DNA of 50,006 nucleotides from a virus (Duplodnaviria; Caudoviricetes). The stretch is taken from IMG/VR virus record IMGVR_UViG_3300012041_000007, positions 1-50,006 of that record. One strand, 5' to 3'. Under the pieces are notes generated by a model. That model worked only from the letters and a program-made list of their open reading frames with translations. It was not told the DNA's origin and ran no database searches. Made by a program: the position numbers and the translations under genes. This document shows, one piece after another, positions 9,705 to 20,408 of this stretch (the stretch's first letter is position 1; each line of letters begins with the position of its first letter).

Positions 9705-11250
9705 AGACGATAAGAAGAATCTTCATCAAGAAGTACAAAACCAGTTCGGTAGAGCTGGTACTGAATATGATGCTCTAAATGCTAAGATTGGTGGACGTGG
9801 CGACACTACATGGGATAGGGCCACAGAAGACTATAAGCCTGCCTATGAAGGATATTTAGATTATGCTCAGGGCGGAGGTTTAAAACCAGAAGATATTGAA
9901 AGAATGAGAAATGCTTGGGGTAATGTTGGTGGGCCGGGTGGTGGTGGAGGTGGAGGTGCTTCTGCTCCAAGATTAGGACCATCAGCATATGCAAATCTAT
10001 CTTCTGCATATGGTAATGCTTACCGGCCGGAATATGGAGAATCAGATACCGTTTACCGAGGATTAACTGGTAAAGGTGGAGGATTCGACCAAGCTCAATT
10101 AGATAAGATATATGGTAACGTTGATACACTGACCGGAATCGGACAAACCGGAGGTATTACAGAAGAGGATAAGGCTAATATTCTTCGTAAGCAGATGCTC
10201 GACCAAGAGCAGACTGGTGGTTACTCTGAACAAGATAAGGCTTTAGTAAGAGCTAAGTCTGCCGCATCCTCTCCTGCTTACTTTGGTGCATTAAAAGATA
10301 ACCTTGCTAGACAAAGAGGTGCCACTGGTAATCTTGCTAATGCTGGTGCAGTAGATTTTAAACTTGCAAGACAAGGTGCCCAACAACAGGGTCAAGATAG
10401 ATTGACTCAGGAGATGGCACTACAAGAATCTGTTCGTGGTGGCAAAGAAAGAGCCGGACAATTTCTCTCTGGTCAAGCAATGGACTTGGCTGGATTGAGA
10501 ACGGCTAATCAATTAGCTGGTGCTAGAAGCGGTGGAGAGTTAGGACTTTCTACTCAGCAAGGAATTACTGCTAATCAAGCTAGAGGCGCTGAAGGATTAG
10601 CAGGATCTCAAACTAATTTAGGTCAGTGGGGATTACAGCAAGCCGGTGGATTAGATTACTTTGGATTGAACAAAGCTGGTGGTTTAGACCAACATGCTAT
10701 TTCTCAGGCTCAAATGGATTTGCAAGCCTCAATGGCTAATGCTGCTAGTTCTGCCGCTAGTGGATATGCTTCTGCTAGAGATAAAGCAATGTATGAACAG
10801 TGGGTTACTGAGTATGGTAATGAACAGAAACAGTATGGCATTGGTGGTTTAGAGAGTCTCTACAATACTAACCTTACTGCATCTAGAGACTTCTCTCAGT
10901 TAGGATTGCAGGGTCTTGAAGGTAAATATGGGCAACAGTATAACTTGCTTGGGTTAGCTAATCAGACTCGTGGTTCAACATTAGGTGAAAATGCTGGATT
11001 AATTGGTGGATTAGTTGGTTCAGGTGCTAATGCTTGGAATGCTATGAAAGGTATAGTTAAGCCGGGTGGCGGTAAAGATGATGGTACTGCTAGACCAACT
11101 GGACCCGGACAGCCTAGCACTCCCGGTTATGGATTCCAACCGGGTTATTCTCCTAAACCTGGATATGGGTTTGGAGGCGGTGGTGGTGCTCCAACTGGTC
11201 CCGGTGGCTATCGTGATGATGCTGGTAATTGGGTTCCTTATCCTTGGTAA
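9697..11250 (+). CDS. Putative internal virion / DNA ejection protein
   Basis: 517 aa, Gly/Ala/Gln-rich helical, glycine-zipper-like segment near C-terminus. Confidence 0.6.
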   Translation: MAKDDKKNLHQEVQNQFGRAGTEYDALNAKIGGRGDTTWDRATEDYKPAYEGYLDYAQGGGLKPEDIERMRNAWGNVGGPGGGGGGGASAPRLGPSAYANLSSAYGNAYRPEYGESDTVYRGLTGKGGGFDQAQLDKIYGNVDTLTGIGQTGGITEEDKANILRKQMLDQEQTGGYSEQDKALVRAKSAASSPAYFGALKDNLARQRGATGNLANAGAVDFKLARQGAQQQGQDRLTQEMALQESVRGGKERAGQFLSGQAMDLAGLRTANQLAGARSGGELGLSTQQGITANQARGAEGLAGSQTNLGQWGLQQAGGLDYFGLNKAGGLDQHAISQAQMDLQASMANAASSAASGYASARDKAMYEQWVTEYGNEQKQYGIGGLESLYNTNLTASRDFSQLGLQGLEGKYGQQYNLLGLANQTRGSTLGENAGLIGGLVGSGANAWNAMKGIVKPGGGKDDGTARPTGPGQPSTPGYGFQPGYSPKPGYGFGGGGGAPTGPGGYRDDAGNWVPYPW

Positions 11251-11263
11251 GTAGGAAAATACA

Positions 11264-14002
11264 ATGGCTTACAGAAGACCAACGACCAATTACCGTCCAT
11301 TACAGTATACCCCTCAGAGTTATTCTCCACTTAACTATGAGCCGACTCCACAGACTCAAACACAGCCTGATGAGGATTTCTATAGGAAGTTACTGGAAGG
11401 AACTAAAGCACCAACTCCTCCACCAGAACCAGATCCTGCATTTGAGTATCAGAAACGGTATCAGGATATTGCTGGTAGGACACCCAACCGGCTAGCTTAT
11501 CAACAGGCTGTTCAAGAAGGCTATCCAGAAATCCAACGTGATAAGCTAAGTAAAGCATTAGCTATCATTGGTGCAGTTGGTGGTACTTGGGCTACTAAAG
11601 ATCCGGCTGCTAGTACTAGAGCTGCAATGGAAGCTTACAATGCCCCACAAGCTAGAGCTAGTGCAAGGTATAAGGAGAAGTTAACAGGTCTTGAGAATCT
11701 TGCCACGATGGAAGATAAGGATATTGCTGGTAAGATTAGAGCATTAGAGTTTGAACGTGGGGATTTCTATGACCAGCAAAGGTTAAAGCTTGACAGAGAA
11801 AGATCAGCTAGAGAAACAAAGTCTGACGAGAGAGATATTATTGGTGATGAGCAAGAGAGAGAACGTAGACAAATAGCATTAGATGAATTAAAGCTTGAAA
11901 AGAAGATTGATCCCCATACTGGTGTAGAGTACACAAGAAAAAGAGGAACTAATGATCCGTGGGTAGCTCGTGATAAGCCAAAGTTGTCTAGAGCTGAAGA
12001 GATAATGTATGACGCTTTAGCAAAGGGAGAAGAAGAAAAGGCTCTTGAAGCTGCCAAACAGCCCGGAAGAGATAAAGCTGCCGCAGCAATTACTAATAGA
12101 CAAGTAACCATTCAAGAAATGAGAGGTGCTACAACACTAAAGGCAAGACTCTTAAAAGAAGCTAATACACCTGGTGTTAGTGAAGTATATAGACAGAGAA
12201 GGATGAACTTCCTTACTGCAGTAGATAATGACCCAACTCTCGCTAAATATATTAAGTATGATGATGCAAAAGAACCTCAAATTAAGACTATTGAGGAGGT
12301 TACTTGGGGAGACCCCGAGCCTGAAGATGTATTAGGCATTGAAAAACTTAGAGCGGCAGTAATGGCTGGTAGGCCGGTAAGTGCCGGTCCGCCAATTCCA
12401 GTTATTGATCCAAAGACACAGGAAATTAAACATATCTCTGCTGAAAGTTGGCCTTACTGGGAGGGACAAGGATTTAAAAAAGCTCCTCCCGGAAGTGTTC
12501 CTAATTATAATAAAGCTGCTGGTGCTCCTGCTGCCGCGGCTAATGTTACTGCCTTACCAAAGAACGCTAATGGTAAGATTGATATGATTGATCCTGATGG
12601 AGTTGAGTTTGAAGCAAACAGTGAAGAAGAAGCTAGACATATGTTAAGTTTGAACCCTCCAGCTAGATTAAAAAATGCTGGGACACAGGCTTCTCCAATA
12701 GCTGCTACTGCTGCGGCTGGTCCTGCTCAATCAACTGCTGCTCCTACTACTACAACTACTGTTACTCCAGAAGCTCCTAAGCCTGCTTCTGTTGCTCCAC
12801 CACAGGAACCAGTAAATCCTTATGCTTCAATTGAAGAAACTAATGTTGAAGAGGGTGCGACATTATCATCAGGATTTCCATACGCTAATCAAGGATTCCC
12901 AAAGTTAGGTAATACGTTTGGGCAGCCTTATCAGAGAACAAATATCCCAAGACCAGCTAGTAATCCATTTGCTAACATGGCTCAGGATGCAACTGTTGAA
13001 CCTATTCCGGGTCCACCTGCACCTATGCCTACTGGACCAGATCCTAATGCTGGTATGCCTATTTCAAATAGGATAATGCAGAATAGATTTGGTCCTGCTA
13101 ATCTGTTTGGTGCTAATATTCCTTTACCAGGAGCTAATCCACAACAGAGAATGCCTCCGCCACAGGCACCTGCACCACCTATTGATTTAATGCCGAAGCC
13201 TCAACCACAGAGGACTCCGCCTCCACCTATTGTTCCTCCACAACAGGCACCATTACCGCCTAATCCAATTCAATTGGCTCCGGCTGTTAATGCTCCTGCT
13301 GTTCCGCCTCCGCAGGCTCCTATTACTGAAGCACAAGGGGTTCAGTTTGGTCCGGTTCCTAATAACCAAATGAATAGGACTCCGTTTGGTCAGGCATCAC
13401 AGTTAACAAGTCCATTAACTAATCCTCTTATGTTGTCTGGAGGAATGGATTCAATGGATATTAAGATTCCTAAACCGACTCCTAAACCTCTTGCTCCCGG
13501 TTCTAGGACTCCTATTCCTCCGAGGTTAGCAATACCGGAAAGAGTGAAGGATTTCAATACTAGATTAGAATCGTTAAAGGCACAGTTCAAACAAGAGACA
13601 GGTTATGACATTAGAATTGATAGGGGTGGTGACGTTACTGAAGTAGAACAGTATAAGAAATATCTACAAGGTAGGCCAGAACTTCCCGGTGGAACTAAAG
13701 GTTCAAAGGTTACTCCCATCTCTGGTAAACCTGGGGATGAATCTACTCATCAATATGGTGAAGGAGCCGATGTAATCTTTACTAAGGATGGAAAGATGGC
13801 TCCTTATGTAGATAGAACTAAGAAACACCAGCCGCCAAATAAACTTGGTGAAAGACTATATGCTATCTTAGGTAGGATTGCAGAACAAAAAGGATTGGAG
13901 TGGGGTGGTAGGTGGAAAGGTGATCGAGTAGATTTTCCACACGTTCAATTACCTGATCTTAAGAAGAAGACTGATACTGCCTCAAGCAAAGGTAGGAAGT
14001 AA
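11264..14002 (+). CDS. Putative ejection protein with Pro-rich linker and C-terminal M15 (L-Ala-D-Glu type) peptidase
   Basis: STHQYGEGADV and GLEWGGRW...DFPHVQ motifs match M15C zinc peptidases. Confidence 0.75.
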   Translation: MAYRRPTTNYRPLQYTPQSYSPLNYEPTPQTQTQPDEDFYRKLLEGTKAPTPPPEPDPAFEYQKRYQDIAGRTPNRLAYQQAVQEGYPEIQRDKLSKALAIIGAVGGTWATKDPAASTRAAMEAYNAPQARASARYKEKLTGLENLATMEDKDIAGKIRALEFERGDFYDQQRLKLDRERSARETKSDERDIIGDEQERERRQIALDELKLEKKIDPHTGVEYTRKRGTNDPWVARDKPKLSRAEEIMYDALAKGEEEKALEAAKQPGRDKAAAAITNRQVTIQEMRGATTLKARLLKEANTPGVSEVYRQRRMNFLTAVDNDPTLAKYIKYDDAKEPQIKTIEEVTWGDPEPEDVLGIEKLRAAVMAGRPVSAGPPIPVIDPKTQEIKHISAESWPYWEGQGFKKAPPGSVPNYNKAAGAPAAAANVTALPKNANGKIDMIDPDGVEFEANSEEEARHMLSLNPPARLKNAGTQASPIAATAAAGPAQSTAAPTTTTTVTPEAPKPASVAPPQEPVNPYASIEETNVEEGATLSSGFPYANQGFPKLGNTFGQPYQRTNIPRPASNPFANMAQDATVEPIPGPPAPMPTGPDPNAGMPISNRIMQNRFGPANLFGANIPLPGANPQQRMPPPQAPAPPIDLMPKPQPQRTPPPPIVPPQQAPLPPNPIQLAPAVNAPAVPPPQAPITEAQGVQFGPVPNNQMNRTPFGQASQLTSPLTNPLMLSGGMDSMDIKIPKPTPKPLAPGSRTPIPPRLAIPERVKDFNTRLESLKAQFKQETGYDIRIDRGGDVTEVEQYKKYLQGRPELPGGTKGSKVTPISGKPGDESTHQYGEGADVIFTKDGKMAPYVDRTKKHQPPNKLGERLYAILGRIAEQKGLEWGGRWKGDRVDFPHVQLPDLKKKTDTASSKGRK

Positions 14003-17000
14003 TGCCTCCTCAAAGTTCATGGGCTGAAAGAAATAGATTAAAGCCTCCTATTGCTCCTACAGGCTCTACTTGGGCTGAAAGGAATAGGCTTGAATCAAAG
14101 ACGTCTAATCCTGCTCCAACTTCTCCTACTGAGAAGCCAGGTTTTTGGTCTAGAGCATTACCGGCAGCTAAAAGTATAGCTGAAGGAGCAGTAGGCCAGC
14201 TTTACATGGGAATGAATCCTGGCTATGGTTCCCAAGTAATGGGACAGGGTTTAATTGAACCCATAATGGAAGCATATAATGACCCTACACCTAGACATCC
14301 ACATGCTAGGTTTGGTAGGGCTGCTCTTCAAATGGCACAGGTTGATCCTAATGCTCTTGAAGAAGATTTATCTGCTGGAAACTATTGGGCAGCCGGTGGT
14401 GACGTAGCTCCTGCTATTGTTGCTGGTCTTGTTGCTAAGAAGGTTGGTGGTAATTTAAGAGGCAGAGCTTTAGCTAACAGTTTAAATGTTCCTACTCCTC
14501 CACCTATTGTTCCTGAGATTCCTACTGTTGGTGGCTGGCGCGGACCTGCTCCTTATGATGTTCCGTTTCCTCCATCTAAGATGGATGTTCCTCTTAATCA
14601 ATCACCGTGGCCTAATGAAAAGGTTCCGCCTAAGCCACAACCATATGATGTGGAGTTACCTCCTTCTCCTTATAACGTTCCAGGTCCACCTAAGCAAATA
14701 CCAGCAGTAACTGGATTAACTACTCCTGATCCTTCTCCTTTGTTTCCTGAAGGTGGACCTTCTTACTTAAGAGGACCAAGAGGACCGGCACCTAAACTAT
14801 TGGGAACAGGAGAGCCTACACCTCCACCCGGTAATAGATTTGCTGATTCATTAGGTCAACCAAATACTGATTTAAATAGTCCTAGCACTGTTGACATCTT
14901 TGGACAGTCTATTCCTGATGCAGCAGCAGTACAGGGAAGAGTAGACTTTCCACCTGTTCAACCGGGATTCAATCCGGCTTTACGTAGACCTGGAACATCC
15001 ATGCCATTGGGTAAACCAATCATGGAGATTCCTCCTGCTCCTGTTCTTCCAGATGTTGAGCCTATTGCTCCTACTGCTGGAGTTGGTGCAGCTACTGGTG
15101 CTAGGGTATCTAAACCCGGTAAAGTAGTTAAAGCTCCGCAAGCTAAAGTACCTAAGTTAAACGTAAAAGAATTGACTGACGAACAGTTACAGCAAGTAAT
15201 AATGAGTGATGCTGGCCCTGTTCCAGCAGCAATGAAAGAGCTTGCAACAAGGACAAAGAGAAGAGTTAAAGCAGCTAAGGCAGAGCAAGTTGCTAAGTTA
15301 GTAGCAGAGACAAAGGCTAGAGCAGGACAGCCTGTTGCTCCTATTGTTCCTCCTGTTGAAGCTGTTGATGTACCAGTTAGAACATTACCAGATGTTGAGC
15401 CACCTAAACCTGTTGTTCCTCCAACTGTAGAACCTGTAACTCCGGTTAAGTCTCCTGTTCCTCTTGCAGATGTTACACTAGCTTCTGAACCACCTAAACC
15501 TGTTGCTCCTGTTGTTGAAACTCCAACTCCACCTAAGCCAAAGGTAGCTGCGCCACCAAAGGCAAACATATCAGCACTTTCTAAAGCTTTAGAGGATGCT
15601 AATACTGCCTATCAAAAGGCACGAAGAGAGTTCAGAGGCTATAAGAGTCCTTTAGAAGATGAAACAAAAGACCCGAAATGGGTTGAAATAAACAATGCAC
15701 TTAACGTTGCACGTAAACAGGTAATAGATGCTACCAAAGCTAAAGCTGCTGCTCTTACTAAGCCTAAGGAAGTAGTGTCGGCTCCTGTTGTAGGGCCAAC
15801 AAAGTCTATTTATGCAGGTATGGAGTGGGAACGTACAGGAGATAATTATACATCTGGTAAATACTCTATTCAAACTGAGAAATCGGGTAGTTGGAGTCTC
15901 CTTGAAGATGGCAAGGTTATTAAGAAAGGTTCATTAAATAATCTTAAAGCAACAGCGGCAGAGCTTTCTAGTAGACCAAAAGGTATTGATCTTTCTGGTA
16001 AGACTCGTGAAGAGTTAATAGAGATTGCCAGAACGGCTGATGATGCCACATCTCTAGCTGTTAGACAAGAACTTAAAACCAGAAGAGAGGCTGCTTCTAA
16101 GGCTGCTGGTTCTAATTTAGCTTCTGGCTTTGGTAGCTTACAGGATGCTCCTCGTATTATTAAACAGGAATTTGATGATTGGAGAGTACTCAAAGAACTA
16201 CCTGAGAATCAGGCTGCCTTTGAGCAGTTCTTAAATGAATCTCCTGAAATCGCTAGGTTAATGCCTAACTGGTCAGGTAAACCTAAAGAGGTACAGATTA
16301 GTACGAAGAGTATACCTAATGTAACTATTCCAAAAGAGGAGCCAGTTGGATTTGGTACTAGAACTGGCAGTAAGAGACTGAATCCACTTGACTATCCAGA
16401 CTTACCTACTGCTGAGAAAATAAAAATAGAAGGACCATCAGTAAGTAATATTAAACGTGGCCCAGTTGAAAGGGTAGTTTGGAAGGATAGGGAAGGTCAG
16501 AGAATTGGTAGACGTTTAGAACCTGAAGGTGAGTTTACTCCTCAGCCAACAGAACCTAGACCAATACCAAAACCACCAGTTCTTAGAGAAAGAACTCGTA
16601 TTGAACTTGACCAAGAGAAGTCACCGCTTAAAGGTTTATCTAATAGAGAGATAGTAGCTAAGGTAGGTAAGGAAGCTGAAGCACAAGCTAAATTGGATGC
16701 CATTAAGGCAGCAGAGGAACGTGGTAAAGCGGCAGCAAGAGCAGAGATCAAGGCAAAGAAGGATGCTAGACTAGCTGAGAGAACTGCTAAGATGGAGGAA
16801 AGAAAAGCTAAAGTAGCTGAGAAGAAAGCTGCTAGAGCTAAGACAGTAGATGAGGTTATTGCACAGAAGAGAGCTACTTCTAAGGTAGATAATGCTACGT
16901 TTAGTGCTGCCGTTAAGAACTTACCTAAGAGGTTTAAGAGCAGCACTCTTTACCGAACAATCTATGAGCCGTCCGGTGTCTCTACTCTTACCAAGTTAAA

Positions 17001-18831
17001 GAGAATGGGTGAGAAGGGTAGTTCATTGGCTAAGACTCTTAGAGATGAGAGAACAGAGTCTAATCGTTTAGGTGGGCAGGAAGCGGTTAAGGTAAGGAAA
17101 GTTAGAAGGATGCTCAGTAATGCCGAGCAAACTGAAGTGGTTAAACTTCTCGATGGTCAGAAGCCATTGAATTCTGCATCTTCTGAGAAGGTTGTAAAAG
17201 CTTATAGAATGTTGAGAGAAAGTACTGAATACTTGGGTAACTTAGCAGTCCAAGCTGGCGTAAAGATGAAGGATTCTAAGGGTAATACTGTTCCTTTCCA
17301 AAAGCTAGCTGGAGAGTACTTCCCTCATCGTTACCCGGAAGAGTTATTCAAAGACCCTGTTGCATTGAAAGAGAAGTTACTACGGCATGGTAAGGATGCA
17401 CAAGGTAGACCGCTTAGTCCTAATGCTGTAGATGCAATGGTTAAGCAAATCACTGAGAAAGGTGAGAGGTTCTCTTCTCCACAGCATTCACGAGACTTTA
17501 ATCTACCAGGTTACTTAGAGAGTCTGGATGCTTTAGAAGCTCATCAATATGAGCTAGCTCAAGCCATTACTAGAACCAAGAGATTTGGTGCTTTGGATAT
17601 GGCTGATGCTGGCAGTACGATTAGCCAACTGGTTAAAAATGCTGAAGACCCAGTTAGAGCTAAGATGATGGTTAATGATTATCTGGAAAGGAATGAGTTT
17701 GACCCGGATAGATCTGGTCAACAGAAGTGGTACAATAGGATTGTTAAGGCAGAGGTAGCTAGTAAGTTATCCCAGTTTGCTATCACTAACATGGGTGACT
17801 TAGCCGGTACTAATGCTGCCCTTGGTATTAGGAATACTCACAAAGCTATTGCTGATACTCTTATGGATAGGCATGGAAGTGCTGATATTGCAGCCGGTAC
17901 TGGTGCTCATGCTATTCTTAGGAAGGAATTACTTAATGATGTTAAGGCAGGTAAATTCTTAAGCAAAGCCTATGGCACAGCCGGTACTGAGAAGGCTATT
18001 AGAACTGTTGCTGCATTGGCTGGCCGGGTAGAGGTTCAAAAGCTGTTTGCAAAGGCTAAGAAAGATCCAAGGTTTAAGAAAACATTAGCAGATTTTGTGG
18101 ATGGGGATGTTAATGATGTTCTCAAGCAGGAGAAACTAACTAAAGAGCAGATTGATTTTGGTGGGGGAAGGGGAGTAGAGATTTCTTCTGGTATCCCTGA
18201 TAAGTTATCTCTTAGCAAAGCCATGTTTGCTGATAATCCCATGATGAGATTGCCATTCCTCTTTAAGAGGTTTGCTTTCATGAATACCAGAAACATGGTA
18301 GACGTAGTTAAGAGGCAGCCTACTGCATTTGCAAAGGTTAAAAAAGCTGGTACTATTCTGGCTGCTTATCAGGTAGCTGGTGAGGTTATTGGTGATACTA
18401 AATCTGCTATTACTGGCTTAGTTAGTGGAGATGTTGAGGAAGAGATTAAGGGACGTGGAGAGTATATTAATTCAGAGAATTGGAAGTTCATTGGTAAAAC
18501 GGTTGGAAGCAAAGCATTAGATAGAATCATAGCTAACTATCTACAGGCTGCTTTGTTTGGTGTGGTTGGTGATGTTACTGAGTCAGTAGTTAGGAAGAAG
18601 TTAGGTAAGGTTTCTGGTACTATTGGTGGGCCGGTTCTTAGTGATGCAGATGAGTTTGCACAAGTTGCTACTGACTTAGCTGGTGGAGATTACAAGTCAT
18701 TAGGTAGAGCGGCAGCTAGAAGGGTTCCATATGTAGGAACCGGGTTAGCTAAACGTTGGGCCAAAGAGAGTAAATCTGGATCAGGAGGTTTAGGTTCTCT
18801 CAGTGGCCCATCGTTGAGAGGATTGAATTAG
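14002..18831 (+). CDS. Large internal virion / ejection protein
   Basis: 1609 aa; last late gene; Pro-rich N-half, helical C-half. Confidence 0.65.
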   Translation: MPPQSSWAERNRLKPPIAPTGSTWAERNRLESKTSNPAPTSPTEKPGFWSRALPAAKSIAEGAVGQLYMGMNPGYGSQVMGQGLIEPIMEAYNDPTPRHPHARFGRAALQMAQVDPNALEEDLSAGNYWAAGGDVAPAIVAGLVAKKVGGNLRGRALANSLNVPTPPPIVPEIPTVGGWRGPAPYDVPFPPSKMDVPLNQSPWPNEKVPPKPQPYDVELPPSPYNVPGPPKQIPAVTGLTTPDPSPLFPEGGPSYLRGPRGPAPKLLGTGEPTPPPGNRFADSLGQPNTDLNSPSTVDIFGQSIPDAAAVQGRVDFPPVQPGFNPALRRPGTSMPLGKPIMEIPPAPVLPDVEPIAPTAGVGAATGARVSKPGKVVKAPQAKVPKLNVKELTDEQLQQVIMSDAGPVPAAMKELATRTKRRVKAAKAEQVAKLVAETKARAGQPVAPIVPPVEAVDVPVRTLPDVEPPKPVVPPTVEPVTPVKSPVPLADVTLASEPPKPVAPVVETPTPPKPKVAAPPKANISALSKALEDANTAYQKARREFRGYKSPLEDETKDPKWVEINNALNVARKQVIDATKAKAAALTKPKEVVSAPVVGPTKSIYAGMEWERTGDNYTSGKYSIQTEKSGSWSLLEDGKVIKKGSLNNLKATAAELSSRPKGIDLSGKTREELIEIARTADDATSLAVRQELKTRREAASKAAGSNLASGFGSLQDAPRIIKQEFDDWRVLKELPENQAAFEQFLNESPEIARLMPNWSGKPKEVQISTKSIPNVTIPKEEPVGFGTRTGSKRLNPLDYPDLPTAEKIKIEGPSVSNIKRGPVERVVWKDREGQRIGRRLEPEGEFTPQPTEPRPIPKPPVLRERTRIELDQEKSPLKGLSNREIVAKVGKEAEAQAKLDAIKAAEERGKAAARAEIKAKKDARLAERTAKMEERKAKVAEKKAARAKTVDEVIAQKRATSKVDNATFSAAVKNLPKRFKSSTLYRTIYEPSGVSTLTKLKRMGEKGSSLAKTLRDERTESNRLGGQEAVKVRKVRRMLSNAEQTEVVKLLDGQKPLNSASSEKVVKAYRMLRESTEYLGNLAVQAGVKMKDSKGNTVPFQKLAGEYFPHRYPEELFKDPVALKEKLLRHGKDAQGRPLSPNAVDAMVKQITEKGERFSSPQHSRDFNLPGYLESLDALEAHQYELAQAITRTKRFGALDMADAGSTISQLVKNAEDPVRAKMMVNDYLERNEFDPDRSGQQKWYNRIVKAEVASKLSQFAITNMGDLAGTNAALGIRNTHKAIADTLMDRHGSADIAAGTGAHAILRKELLNDVKAGKFLSKAYGTAGTEKAIRTVAALAGRVEVQKLFAKAKKDPRFKKTLADFVDGDVNDVLKQEKLTKEQIDFGGGRGVEISSGIPDKLSLSKAMFADNPMMRLPFLFKRFAFMNTRNMVDVVKRQPTAFAKVKKAGTILAAYQVAGEVIGDTKSAITGLVSGDVEEEIKGRGEYINSENWKFIGKTVGSKALDRIIANYLQAALFGVVGDVTESVVRKKLGKVSGTIGGPVLSDADEFAQVATDLAGGDYKSLGRAAARRVPYVGTGLAKRWAKESKSGSGGLGSLSGPSLRGLN

Positions 18832-19052
18832 AAGGCGTTAATAAACTCTACCTTCTCAGCACGTAAACCTTTTGGCCCTTGACATGGGGTGAATTGAACT
18901 ACTGGTCCTTTAATAGTAACAGGTGGACTCATAGCTTTTAATTCATCCCAGTCTCCTTTGTAATGTTGAGCATGGAAGAAATACTCTTGTCCATTCTCGT
19001 CCAAGATAAACCCATACAACGAAGGCTTAATGGTCTTAACTCGGCCTAGCAT
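18828..19052 (-). CDS. Cold-shock domain protein
   Basis: GRVK...YGFI...EYFFH...VQF...GPKGLRAEKV matches RNP1/RNP2 CSD signature. Confidence 0.85.
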   Translation of the reverse strand: MLGRVKTIKPSLYGFILDENGQEYFFHAQHYKGDWDELKAMSPPVTIKGPVVQFTPCQGPKGLRAEKVEFINAF

Positions 19053-19218
19053 CTGTTTGCTCCAGACTCTTCAAGTAGTTAATTGCTCTGACCATCACTC
19101 TAATAAAAACCTCATTACCCTTGGAAATATGGGAGTGTTGTAGCTCCTCTACCATAGCTTCCACTTCTTCTCTGCTCATTAGAAATACATCACTAATCGG
19201 AGTCTTAAGATATTGCAT
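19036..19218 (-). CDS. Hypothetical protein
   Basis: 60-aa ORF tightly packed between neighbours. Confidence 0.6.
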   Translation of the reverse strand: MQYLKTPISDVFLMSREEVEAMVEELQHSHISKGNEVFIRVMVRAINYLKSLEQTDARPS

Positions 19219-19221
19219 TAC

Positions 19222-20397
19222 TCACCCCAAGTTTTTCATCCAAAGACTCGTACAAGCTTTGGTTAACTGATACTTAATGTTCTTCCCGCCTGTTTTCTGC
19301 ACCACAAAACCCGTCTGACTTAGAGTTTCTATTACCCGGTCCAACTCAAACGAGTCATAATCACCAAACCCTTTCTGTAGTGCTTGTTGTCTAGTTAGTT
19401 CGTAATTAGGTGCAGCAAACATTACAATTAAGAATGCCTTGATATGCTTGGATACTTCACTCTGTCCTTGCATCCCGGCTACCTTCTTAGCCGTATTACT
19501 TAGGCTAGAACAGGCAGCAACAGCATCCAGAATATCATCATCCTCTAGTACCATATCTTTCTTTCTGGCTAGAGAGATGCAAGTGGCAATCTTAATTACA
19601 TGGTCGTTCATCCGGTCAAAGGTGCCGGTCTTGTCTTCGTATTCTAATGCTCGGTATTTGTAGAACCATTCATCATAGACATCTGCTGCTGCGTCTGACC
19701 ATATCATTGTGCCATTCAGTTTAGATAGTTCTGCTAGGTAGGCAACCAGCTTTAGATAGTTAACTTCAGGAACATTCCTAATCATACTGTTAGGATGGTC
19801 CCGTTTGTCTGCACTAATCAGTAATGTCCTACCTATAAATCCACCACCTAAGTGGGATTTATCTACTGTCATATCAAACATTTCCTGATTGGCTCCGCTT
19901 AATAGAGTTAAGCACGGAAATCTGAGCCTCTCCACTGGGGAATTCTTAAGAGTGTTAACCCATTCTGGATTGTAATGAGCATCATACAAATCAGTAAGTA
20001 TCGTGAGCGCGTGTTTAGCTTCATAAAGAGAAGAGGCAAACTCACCGGAGCAGAGGAAACCTCTAGCGTCTTTAAATGGTATGCTACCGTTCTCTTTAGC
20101 TTTAACAATAGCCAGTTCCTTAATGATGCCTTCAATTGAACCTCGCCCACTAATCACTCTAGTATTGTCTACCATCTTCACCAGTTTGGTAGCTACACTA
20201 GGACCGAATCCTTTTCCTAATCCTGACCTACCCATTAATAGAATGTATAGGTTAGGCTTTAGCTTGTAAGCCCCTTTGTTTACTATAACATTGGGGGAGA
20301 CAATGGCAGATATGGTTGCCAATCCTGACCAGTATATCCATTGTTTAGGTGTCTCGACAAAATCAGTCTCCTCTAATAGTAAGTTCAACCATGACAT
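19222..20397 (-). CDS. DUF3987-like P-loop ATPase (putative replicative helicase)
   Basis: PNLYILLMGRSGLGKG Walker A, GGGFIGR motif, probable winged-helix C-terminus; adjacent to polymerase. Confidence 0.7.
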   Translation of the reverse strand: MSWLNLLLEETDFVETPKQWIYWSGLATISAIVSPNVIVNKGAYKLKPNLYILLMGRSGLGKGFGPSVATKLVKMVDNTRVISGRGSIEGIIKELAIVKAKENGSIPFKDARGFLCSGEFASSLYEAKHALTILTDLYDAHYNPEWVNTLKNSPVERLRFPCLTLLSGANQEMFDMTVDKSHLGGGFIGRTLLISADKRDHPNSMIRNVPEVNYLKLVAYLAELSKLNGTMIWSDAAADVYDEWFYKYRALEYEDKTGTFDRMNDHVIKIATCISLARKKDMVLEDDDILDAVAACSSLSNTAKKVAGMQGQSEVSKHIKAFLIVMFAAPNYELTRQQALQKGFGDYDSFELDRVIETLSQTGFVVQKTGGKNIKYQLTKACTSLWMKNLG

Positions 20398-20408
20398 TGG
20401 TTAACCCT

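Noticed and set aside
14958-16946. Antisense ORFs (14958..15569, 15870..16193, 16542..16946), also 48446..48901 and similar
   Set aside because: Shadows of low-complexity Pro/Ala/Lys- or Glu/Asp-rich sense genes; no SD or domain signal.
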